In this document: in pieces, positions 23,046 to 30,494 of the stretch | Position numbering within the stretch: the stretch's first letter is position 1 | How the letters are laid out: the number at the start of each line of letters is the position of its first letter | Origin: a virus | Lineage: Duplodnaviria > Caudoviricetes | Virus record (IMG/VR): IMGVR_UViG_3300044856_000241 | Location: 32,001 to 96,000 of that record | Length of the DNA stretch: 64,000 nt | Direction: 5' to 3' (one strand) | Program-made: the position numbers and the translations under genes | Notes under the pieces: generated by a model | What the model was told of the DNA's origin: nothing | Seen by the model: only the letters and a program-made list of their open reading frames with translations | The model's database searches: none

Positions 23046-24182
23046 CTAGTTCATCATATCGTAAATTCTTTTTAATCCATCTTCATCTACATCTTTGAGT
23101 TTACCGTACTCAGCGATAACCTCTTTTACCTGAGCTTTCAGCGTGGCATCAGTACACTCTTTGAACATCATCCGGATTATCTCATCCAGATTCTCCGGAT
23201 ACGCTGACTCTTCAACGGAATCAATTGTATCGATATCGCCATCAATATCCTCTTCAAATGGTACTTCTTCCGCTACTGGCGGTGCTGTTTCTGTTTTTAC
23301 TGGGGATGTTTTTTTAGCAGATGTTGTTCCAGATTTTTTAGAATTTTTGATTGCATCTTTTAATGCTTTAATAAGAGCGTCAGAATCAAGTGGAATCTCA
23401 TTTACAATTCCGCTGAATCTTGACTTGGAATCTACAGAATAGGAATCGTCTCTGAATACGATTTTTCTCTTCTCATCTTTTACTTTATTTACGGTAATTT
23501 CTTTGTGATTGATGATATTTGTACGACCAGTACCTTCTGCTTCGATTGAACGATCCAGACAAGCAACACCAACTACATGTACTTTTGTTTTGAAATCATT
23601 GAAATATCTCTGAGCCATGTTGGAAGTAAGTGTTGTATACGCTGCACTTGTAACAGGATCAACAATGTCTTTTGTTTTTGAATGGCATGTGTACCATACT
23701 TTTACACCAACTTTTCCAAGTGCTCTTACTTTATCATAAATCATATTGAAAACAACATCATATCCAGCTCCGAAACCACCCTCTACAGAATTAAGTGTTT
23801 TTGCTGGTTTGAAGTTTTTATTTCCCATATTCTCACGGTTCCAATTATCAATTGCTGTTTTCTCAGTAATCTCAATCAACTGATCCAGAGTATCTAAAAT
23901 CACAACTTTTAAGTTTGCATAATCTGTTTTCTTATTTTTAATGATATCTTTTACGACCTCATCAAACTTTTTGTATGTTGGAACATCCTCATATGTAACT
24001 CCATCAATTGCGGAAACACCTTCTTCATCTCCTGTATTTAAAAGAAGATATCCATCCTCTCCAAACTCTTTTTCGCAGAGTTCACTCAATACAGTTGTTT
24101 TACCAATTCCAGATTCTCCACAGATCATAATGGAATAATCATATAAGTTGTCACTAATTTTACTTCTTTTACCAAATGCCAT
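23046..24182 (-). CDS. AAA_24/Sak4-like ATPase
   Basis: GESGIGKTT, VILDT, H.K motif, KSR. Confidence 0.8.
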   Translation of the reverse strand: MAFGKRSKISDNLYDYSIMICGESGIGKTTVLSELCEKEFGEDGYLLLNTGDEEGVSAIDGVTYEDVPTYKKFDEVVKDIIKNKKTDYANLKVVILDTLDQLIEITEKTAIDNWNRENMGNKNFKPAKTLNSVEGGFGAGYDVVFNMIYDKVRALGKVGVKVWYTCHSKTKDIVDPVTSAAYTTLTSNMAQRYFNDFKTKVHVVGVACLDRSIEAEGTGRTNIINHKEITVNKVKDEKRKIVFRDDSYSVDSKSRFSGIVNEIPLDSDALIKALKDAIKNSKKSGTTSAKKTSPVKTETAPPVAEEVPFEEDIDGDIDTIDSVEESAYPENLDEIIRMMFKECTDATLKAQVKEVIAEYGKLKDVDEDGLKRIYDMMN

Positions 24183-24245
24183 ATATTTATATTCTCCTAT
24201 CTATGTAAATTTTCTAAGTAGTTAGAGGGCATATAGCCCTCTTTC

Positions 24246-25469
24246 TTACAGCTCGTCATCATCTTCAACTACTTCTTCATCAAACAGATCGACATCTTCT
24301 GCCTCCTCATCATCAGAAACAAGTGGTTTAACAATCATGTCCTCTTCTTTGTAAACCGTGTCTTCTCTGCCTTTCATAAACCCTCTCGCTGGTTTAACAA
24401 ACTGATATTCACGAATTCGATCACCGTAAGCACTTCCACCAAGGTCTTTTCTAATGTCATCAAGAGTAATAAGTCCGAACTTAATATCCTCTTTCTGCTC
24501 ATCGGTAAGCATGTCCTCTGTGATTTCTACCCGCTGTGCGCCATTGAGCATGTTGACAATTACTCCATACTCTTTAAATGACTCGTCATCATCCTCGAAC
24601 ATGAATTTATGTTTTACACGCTCCGCCCATTTCTGAGACTTCTCATCATCTCCGATTGGAATAGCAATCGTTACAGGAACAGGAAGATTCTCTTTGCGGT
24701 TGTTGTCGTACTGCATCATGTACCCATTGACATAATATTTGTGCTTCTCATCTGCGCTCATATCGTCAAGACTTTCATGATTGAAGATGATATTTAATGT
24801 AGCCGTGGAAGATTGTTCAGCATTTGGTGCTGCAAGATAGATACGTGTCGGCACGTATGATTCATAGAATCTCTGATTTTTATCAGAGTAAGAATATTCT
24901 CCATTACCTTTAATGTAGAATAATGAGTCTTTGTATTTGTCACTTTCAATAACTTTTTTGATGAAATCTACGAAATCCCATTCAGAAATAAACTCATGTC
25001 GTTTCTTTTTGCTTTTCTCAAGAGCATCTGTAATTTCATCTTTTGATGTAAGTTCAACTTTTGCAAGTTCTTCATCAGTTGCTTCTCCACCTTCATGGAT
25101 TTTATCTGCTAATTTCTGCAGTTCAAATCTTCTATTCGGTTTCTCAAGATCAACAATGAATTTTTTGAATTCTGCAATCTCTGCAATTTTCGGAGATGTA
25201 AGTCTATCCTTAAATGGAATCTGGATTGACTGACCTTTTACTCTGTTGCCATTTTCATCTACAGTTGATTTAGTAAAACTGTAAATATCACCATGACCAT
25301 CCGCGAAGGCTCCTGCCTGAACAGAAAGCATGTGACGATTATCACCGCATGTTACATTAAAAAGTAATGTTTTTCTTTTCCAGCCAGATGGATAGGTTTT
25401 CTCCTCATACGGCTTAAATTTGTCGCTCTCTTTCGAGATACTAAGTTTTCCTGTCATTTCAAAATTCAT
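24246..25469 (-). CDS. Putative single-stranded DNA-binding protein
   Basis: Beta-rich OB-like sequence, very acidic C-terminal tail, adjacent to the Sak4-like gene. Confidence 0.55.
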   Translation of the reverse strand: MNFEMTGKLSISKESDKFKPYEEKTYPSGWKRKTLLFNVTCGDNRHMLSVQAGAFADGHGDIYSFTKSTVDENGNRVKGQSIQIPFKDRLTSPKIAEIAEFKKFIVDLEKPNRRFELQKLADKIHEGGEATDEELAKVELTSKDEITDALEKSKKKRHEFISEWDFVDFIKKVIESDKYKDSLFYIKGNGEYSYSDKNQRFYESYVPTRIYLAAPNAEQSSTATLNIIFNHESLDDMSADEKHKYYVNGYMMQYDNNRKENLPVPVTIAIPIGDDEKSQKWAERVKHKFMFEDDDESFKEYGVIVNMLNGAQRVEITEDMLTDEQKEDIKFGLITLDDIRKDLGGSAYGDRIREYQFVKPARGFMKGREDTVYKEEDMIVKPLVSDDEEAEDVDLFDEEVVEDDDEL

Positions 25470-25914
25470 GAAATGTCCTCCTTGTATATGTAAAAATTTT
25501 TTAAAACAAACTAAAATATGCCAACCTGTTGAAATTTACTTTTTGTTGATATTTTTTGACGCTCTCATACCAGACTCTTTAATATTTTTCATCAACTGGA
25601 TATTGTCATTAATCATTAACGCTAATGCCTGATCATCGGTGAATCCAACATTTACAAAAGCGTCATACGTTTTCTTTGCTGACATTGCTCTGATTTTTGG
25701 ATAGCGATCATTACTTGCGACTTCCTCATAAATATCCAGTACTGCTTTGCCAGTTGCACGAATTAACGGTTTTGCTTTCTCCGTATACTCGTTAATTGTT
25801 TCTGGTAATGAATCCGGATCAATCATGACTTCCAGAAGTTTACTCAGAACTTGCTGTTTCATTTCTTCATTCATTCTCATTTCTCCTATTCTTTTTAGAT
25901 TTTTATATGATTAA

Positions 25915-26014
25915 CGCTCGAATTGAGCGGGACATAGAAGTAAAATCTATGTAAAAGATTTATAAGAAACAGTGATTTTTGAGTACACGAACCCAAGGGT
26001 ATGCTGTGCCACCC
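25915..26014 (-). ncRNA. Structured leader or sRNA of four hairpins, the first with ACAGCA in its loop
   Basis: Hairpins at 25997-26014, 25979-25996, 25932-25952 and 25915-25929; GAGAATA box at 26022-26028 just upstream. Confidence 0.45.
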
Positions 26015-26648
26015 ATATTTTTATTCTCTATTTAGTTTTATAAGTTTGGAATTATTGGCTGAATTGCCAAGTGAGTTAATTATTAAGAAAATTTCTGATG
26101 TCATCCATCATTTTATCTGATTCATCTAACAGATATCTATAAGTCTCGTTGTCGTCATAATACTCAAAATAAGGTATTGGTTTGTCATTCTCATCACACA
26201 TCCAACCAAGTTCCGAATAACCATCGAAGTATACAGATACATGCTTGCCATTGTGATTAATCCAAAATCTAATGATTGCTCCTGCAAACGGCGGAATAAT
26301 TTTCACATCCCATTCTTTGTCAAAATGCAGTGCAGGTAACTCATTAGCCCATTTTCTATATTCATGAAACTCTTCTGCTTTTGCAATTGTTAGTATTTTG
26401 TTCACATTTACCATTACGTCTTCCATTAATAGATTCTCCTTCGTTTTTTGGAGTGCGTTCATTTCCACACTCCAATTGGACATTCTTCTTCCTCAGCATT
26501 ACCTGTAGAAGCGAGGTATGTTCCTTGCCATTATATTCTCCGAAGAGTTTCAGGCAATACGTCCATTGGTTGACTGGTATTTTACAATCAGCCTTCACCT
26601 TTGTATTTTCAGCATCTCAGCTTTTCTACTACTTTCACCTCGTTTTAC

Positions 26649-26717
26649 AAGACACACTTCCGGTATCCCATCCGGTTAATTTATTATGTCGAAATAATAA
26701 TTTGCTGTATGTGTCTT
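26649..26717 (-). ncRNA. ACAGCAA-motif hairpin RNA unit A
   Basis: AAGACACA/TGTGTCTT stem followed by TACAGCAA. Confidence 0.75.
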
Positions 26718-26725
26718 TCTTATCC

Positions 26726-26779
26726 TAGATACATTTTTCTTTCGATGCTTGGAAATTAATAATTGCTGTGTTGTATCTA
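26726..26779 (-). ncRNA. ACAGCAA-motif hairpin RNA unit B
   Basis: TAGATACA/TGTATCTA stem followed by ACACAGCAA. Confidence 0.75.
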
Positions 26780-26793
26780 TATCTATATATTCT

Positions 26794-28314
26794 CTACGCC
26801 ACCAGATCTTTTACCGCATTCTCAACTGGTGCGTATCTTTCAGAATTTAATTGCTCCAGTAAACACTCAAATGGATCTGTACTGTTACTCAATACCATTT
26901 TCACAATTGCAGGACTGAAACCACTTACAAGTGCTACACCAGCCTCATTCTCTTTTACCGGAATTGTGCCAGTACGACTCATGATATTCCAGAATACTAA
27001 TCTTGGAAGTTTATATCCATGAGCTTCATATCTATCAGCCAGTTCTTCGAATAATCTCTTATCAGTACGTCCAGAAGTCATACGATCAAATTCTAAATCT
27101 GAAAGTACCAGTACATTCTGTGGCATATCATCCTGAGTCATCTCATTCCTGATCGCTGTCTGGAGAATCAGATCAAATGTTGCTTCAATATTTGTATTTG
27201 TCATCTCACAATGATTCAGCGCAATCTCAATTTTCTCACGCAATGAATCGGCATTGCTAAAATCAACAATCTGCGGGTGACTACTAAACGTAATATATGT
27301 ATCTTTGAACTGTCCAGAACTTCTCTCTGCAAAGTAAATGGCTAATGCATTTGCCACACTAAGAGCTGTGACATTCGTACCACCAATTCTTGAAGTCATA
27401 CTTCCTGATCCATCAGCTACACAAATTGTATTTCCTGTTCCGCTAACGTAATCAGGCAATGCTTTCCAAAGCTGTTCAAGTGTCGGATCATCAACAGGTG
27501 ACAAGTTCCATCTACTTGAGCCATACTTATGTACAATATCATGCGGGAATAAAACACCGGCATTGATTTTTGTTTCGCCTTTTTCTAACTTATTCAAGTA
27601 TTCTCTACGTCTTTCCTCATCATTTCGTAAGAAAGCATTGTTGTAAATTAGATTTGCTCTTGACGGAACAGCTGCATAATCAATTTTATCCCACTGTTTT
27701 GCAGACATTTTAACTTCAACCACATTCAGGTACGCACGGAGCTCGGATAACATTTTTCTATATTGTCTGTCTGTGAAAATGATGTTATCCATGATGATAT
27801 GTGCCAATCGTTTTGTCTCTTTTGAAGAGGTGTTAGCACTTGGCATCCATTTAGCAAGAAGCGAAATCGGTTTACTCTGCTTCATATTTACACCATCTTC
27901 TAAGAGCTGATGTACTACTACTTCACACACATCATCTTTTAAATCAGTGTCCAATAAACACCATAAATCATCCCAACGTCCATATTCAGGAACCAGTTTA
28001 ATTACTTCCTTGGCAATATCCTGATGATTCTCTGCAAGATATTTTATACAAGTTCTAAACAGTCTTCTCTCGCCAATTCCCTCTCTACAATCACGGCAAT
28101 AAAATAACCATTTCATTGCCAAAATTTTGTCCTCATAGAACGCTTTTACGAACTTTTCAACGATTTTTTCTTCGCTCATGTTCCTCATAGATGATACTGA
28201 AAAGTTTAAATCAAGAAGTTCTTTACCTGATGTTCTATAACCAAGAGCACCATTCTCAGTAACTGAATAATTGAAGTCATCATTCAGTGTTTCTTTTAAA
28301 TTTTTCATAAACAT
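26794..28314 (-). CDS. DUF2828-family protein: helical TROVE-like N-terminus plus vWA domain (Ro60-like architecture)
   Basis: TENGA, RD.R.G.GER, AKWMP, MIDAS DGSGSM, TN, SDLEFD, FWN, VSGFS. Confidence 0.85.
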   Translation of the reverse strand: MFMKNLKETLNDDFNYSVTENGALGYRTSGKELLDLNFSVSSMRNMSEEKIVEKFVKAFYEDKILAMKWLFYCRDCREGIGERRLFRTCIKYLAENHQDIAKEVIKLVPEYGRWDDLWCLLDTDLKDDVCEVVVHQLLEDGVNMKQSKPISLLAKWMPSANTSSKETKRLAHIIMDNIIFTDRQYRKMLSELRAYLNVVEVKMSAKQWDKIDYAAVPSRANLIYNNAFLRNDEERRREYLNKLEKGETKINAGVLFPHDIVHKYGSSRWNLSPVDDPTLEQLWKALPDYVSGTGNTICVADGSGSMTSRIGGTNVTALSVANALAIYFAERSSGQFKDTYITFSSHPQIVDFSNADSLREKIEIALNHCEMTNTNIEATFDLILQTAIRNEMTQDDMPQNVLVLSDLEFDRMTSGRTDKRLFEELADRYEAHGYKLPRLVFWNIMSRTGTIPVKENEAGVALVSGFSPAIVKMVLSNSTDPFECLLEQLNSERYAPVENAVKDLVA

Positions 28315-28361
28315 AATTCTTTTTCTCCTTTTGAATCAAAATTAGTAGTAACTTTGATTCC

Positions 28362-28418
28362 TAGACGGCATGGAAAATAGATTAACAGTCTATACCAAAA
28401 AATTGCTGTAGCCGTCTA
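28362..28418 (-). ncRNA. ACAGCAA unit C with Asn(GUU) anticodon-loop mimic
   Basis: TAGACGGC/GCCGTCTA stem, TACAGCAA, inner ATAGA-CTGTTAA-TCTAT. Confidence 0.8.
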
Positions 28419-28431
28419 AAGAATCATTTAC

Positions 28432-28488
28432 AAGATAGCTATATGTTAATATTCTCCGCTTGAATTAAATATTTGCTGTAACTATCTT
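28432..28488 (-). ncRNA. ACAGCAA unit D
   Basis: AAGATAG/CTATCTT stem followed by TTACAGCAA. Confidence 0.75.
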
Positions 28489-28491
28489 CAA

Positions 28492-28607
28492 CGACAGGAA
28501 CAGGACTCGAACCTGTATCAATGCCTGGACGTGGAATAAATATCGCTGTTAATGTCTATTACAAGACATATTTTTTTCACCGTTTTAACCAATTAAACTA
28601 TCCCGTC
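28492..28607 (-). ncRNA. tRNA-like unit E with ACAGCGA module in place of the anticodon loop
   Basis: Acceptor GACGGGA/TCCTGTC, D-arm, T-arm ACAGG-TTCGAGT-CCTGT; insert ATGTCT/AGACAT followed by TAACAGCGA. Confidence 0.8.
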
Positions 28608-28684
28608 ATGTGAGTATTCTCATACGGCAATACAAGAATACTCAGCTTGCAACTTATTAACTTACTTCCCACAAAGAAAGGAGC

Positions 28685-28743
28685 TAGACGGTTTTGGTTA
28701 GTAAATTAAAAGTCTTCTCCAATAAGTTTGCTGTATCCGCCTA
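28685..28743 (-). ncRNA. ACAGCAA unit F with Lys(UUU)-like loop
   Basis: TAGGCGG/CCGTCTA stem (G-U pair only on the minus strand), TACAGCAA, inner GACTTTTAAT. Confidence 0.75.
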
Positions 28744-28748
28744 TATAC

Positions 28749-28813
28749 AAGACACTTAGCCACTTGGCATTTGATTTGCAATCAAATTGTTCAATGTTGC
28801 TGTTTTGTGTCTT
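28749..28813 (-). ncRNA. ACAGCAA unit G with Cys(GCA) anticodon-loop mimic
   Basis: AAGACAC/GTGTCTT stem, ACAGCAA, inner ATTTGA-TTGCAAA-TCAAAT. Confidence 0.8.
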
Positions 28814-28815
28814 AA

Positions 28816-28934
28816 TGGAGATGGAGAGATTCGAACTCCCGACAAATGGTTACCCTTAATTAATATTTGCTGTTGATGTCTTATACAAAACACACATAAT
28901 ATTTCCATCGCTCTACCAACTGAGCTACATCTCC
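28816..28934 (-). ncRNA. tRNA-like unit H with ACAGCAA module in the anticodon arm
   Basis: GGAGATG/CATCTCC acceptor, TAGCTCAGTTGGTAGAGC D-arm, GGGAG-TTCGAAT-CTCTC T-arm; insert ...AAGACATCAACAGCAA. Confidence 0.82.
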
Positions 28935-29012
28935 GTATGAATTCCTTCCTATTATAATAAGGAAGAAACTCATGTTATTTGTAACAATACGTTTTCCACA
29001 GAAAGGAGATCC

Positions 29013-29072
29013 TAGACGGTATCTGGGTTGCAAATTAAAAGTTGTTCCAAAGAAAATTGCTGTTACCGCCTA
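29013..29072 (-). ncRNA. ACAGCAA unit I (paralog of F) with Lys(UUU)-like loop
   Basis: TAGGCGGTA/TACCGTCTA stem, ACAGCAA, inner CAACTTTTAATTTG. Confidence 0.75.
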
Positions 29073-29085
29073 TTTTGTTGTGGAA

Positions 29086-29256
29086 TCACCGGATCTGGGT
29101 TCGAACCAGAATCTGCATCGTCCATTAAATTAAAATTTGCTGTAAGCGGATGACTATGTATCAAAAAGAAAAGAGAGGATTTTATGAAAGTATATGTTAT
29201 TTTTTCTATCCGCTTTTTAATTGTGATGCTGTTTTACCAATTGAAACTATCCAGTG
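29086..29256 (-). ncRNA. tRNA-like unit J with ACAGCAA module and long pyrimidine-rich loop
   Basis: CACTGGA/TCCGGTG acceptor, D-arm, GCATC/GATGC stem, AAGCGGAT/ATCCGCTT then ACAGCAA, TCTGG-TTCGAAC-CCAGA T-arm. Confidence 0.8.
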
Positions 29257-29260
29257 TAAA

Positions 29261-29383
29261 TTGTAGGGGCTGGATTCGAACCAGCGAAACCATAGGTGTC
29301 AGATTTAGAGTCTGATTTGCTGTTAGTGATTATACCTAATCACATTTTTCTTCTGATGCGTTTAGCCACTTCGCTACCCTACA
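29261..29383 (-). tRNA. Tyr-type tRNA body with CUA (amber) anticodon and a 41-nt ACAGCAA insertion (unit K)
   Basis: TGTAGGG/CCCTACA acceptor, TAGCGAAGTGGCTAAACGC D-arm, TCAGA-CTCTAAA-TCTGA anticodon arm, long variable arm, GCTGG-TTCGAAT-CCAGC T-arm. Confidence 0.78.
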
Positions 29384-29391
29384 ATGTAATC

Positions 29392-29447
29392 GAGACACTT
29401 TATTATCATCCGTATTATAATATTTTAACATTTGCTGTTAGTGTCTC
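29392..29447 (-). ncRNA. ACAGCAA unit L
   Basis: GAGACACT/AGTGTCTC stem followed by AACAGCAA. Confidence 0.75.
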
Positions 29448-29455
29448 ATCTTTAC

Positions 29456-29521
29456 TAGATTCCATATTTATGTATTCTCTATTAATGAATTAATTTCTTG
29501 AATATTTGCTGTTGGAATCTA
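29456..29521 (-). ncRNA. ACAGCAA unit M
   Basis: TAGATTCCA/TGGAATCTA stem followed by ACAGCAA. Confidence 0.75.
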
Positions 29522-29528
29522 AATGTTC

Positions 29529-29594
29529 AAGACGATATCATATTTGTTTGCCAGTATTATCTTTAATATTTTGTAAAATTGCTGTGATCGTCTT
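29529..29594 (-). ncRNA. ACAGCAA unit N
   Basis: AAGACGAT/ATCGTCTT stem followed by CACAGCAA. Confidence 0.75.
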
Positions 29595-29601
29595 ATTTAT
29601 A

Positions 29602-29608
29602 TATTCTC
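29602..29608 (-). promoter_or_regulatory. GAGAATA putative -10 box for the RNA array
   Basis: Recurrent intergenic motif, here about 8 nt upstream of unit N with no ORF to serve as an RBS. Confidence 0.5.
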
Positions 29609-29628
29609 TGTCTATGACAGTGAATTTT

Positions 29629-29913
29629 TTAATTAATATCTGCGATACTCTCTACAAAACAGTTGTAATAGATGTATCTTTTCCCGTCATAATCGAACTT
29701 CACATAACCACCATCGTTTGTATCAATATCTATCTTTCCTTGATATGTAGCAATGACATCACCATCAGCTGTGTATACTGTAACCGTTCTGTTGAGTCCA
29801 CCATTCAGATTGCTCTTGGCATCTACAACCGCTCTCTCAAATGAACCTGTACATCCACACATTCCAATAGTAAGTCCTGCAATCGCTGCGAGTGCAATAA
29901 TTTTCTTCTTCAT
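29629..29913 (-). CDS. Small phage lipoprotein (DUF5052-like)
   Basis: Lipobox-like MCGC, GGLNRTVTVYTADG. Confidence 0.55.
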   Translation of the reverse strand: MKKKIIALAAIAGLTIGMCGCTGSFERAVVDAKSNLNGGLNRTVTVYTADGDVIATYQGKIDIDTNDGGYVKFDYDGKRYIYYNCFVESIADIN

Positions 29914-29927
29914 ATATCTGTATTCTC

Positions 29928-30203
29928 CTATACTTCAAAGTCAAAACCATCTGATGTGATTCGTGTATTACTTACTTTTTTATAAATATCCACATACATC
30001 TCATCTTTATCTCGGTTATAAGTAACCTCTGCATACAAATATCCCATTGGTTCTCCCCAAATAGTACATTTCTTATAACCTAATTCATGTGCAAACCATA
30101 CTAAATCGAGCTGATCAATTGTAATATCCTTGCGATTTGTTATTTCTTTTAATACTTTAGCGACTGCATTCTTTGCAGCTTTTTCAAATTCATAACTTGT
30201 CAT
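29928..30203 (-). CDS. DUF6275-like phage protein
   Basis: VWF...YAEVTYNRDKDEMYVDIYKK. Confidence 0.55.
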   Translation of the reverse strand: MTSYEFEKAAKNAVAKVLKEITNRKDITIDQLDLVWFAHELGYKKCTIWGEPMGYLYAEVTYNRDKDEMYVDIYKKVSNTRITSDGFDFEV

Positions 30204-30494
30204 ACTACTTTATTCTCCTTTCGGAATAACAATTTTGTGTTTTCCTGATGAATTTCTATATACTTTAAACCCAACATGTTTAATTTGATTAACACCTTTA
30301 TTATATTCAGCAATTTGTTGAATACATCCAGATGAATAAATAGACCACATTTTGTCTAAATTCTCCTCAAATTCTTCTTTTCTGAAAGCGATTTCTAACA
30401 TGCTGGTGTCTTTATAATCAGATGTATTTTTATATGCATTAAGGTAATTATCAAACATATCATCGAAATTGTATGCCATATATCTATATTCTCC

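Noticed and set aside
24224-24242. AGAGGGC/GCCCTCT hairpin as a terminator
   Set aside because: There is no U-tract on the coding strand; it may be a stabilising or processing hairpin.
28611-28644. Hairpin TGAGTATTCT/AGAATACTCA as a 15th unit or Gly anticodon mimic
   Set aside because: It has no ACAGC motif and no canonical 7-nt loop.
29257-29261. Theta (HDV-like) ribozyme after the suppressor tRNA
   Set aside because: Only about 4 nt separate it from the next tRNA-like unit.
28362-29594. CRISPR array interpretation of the repeated TTGCTGT units
   Set aside because: Only about 7 nt are invariant, unit lengths vary widely, stems covary instead of repeating, tRNA bodies are interleaved, and no cas genes are present.
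28362-29594. Units as intrinsic terminators or canonical Y RNAs
   Set aside because: Loops are large, U-tails are absent, and the canonical Ro-binding bulged helix is not present.
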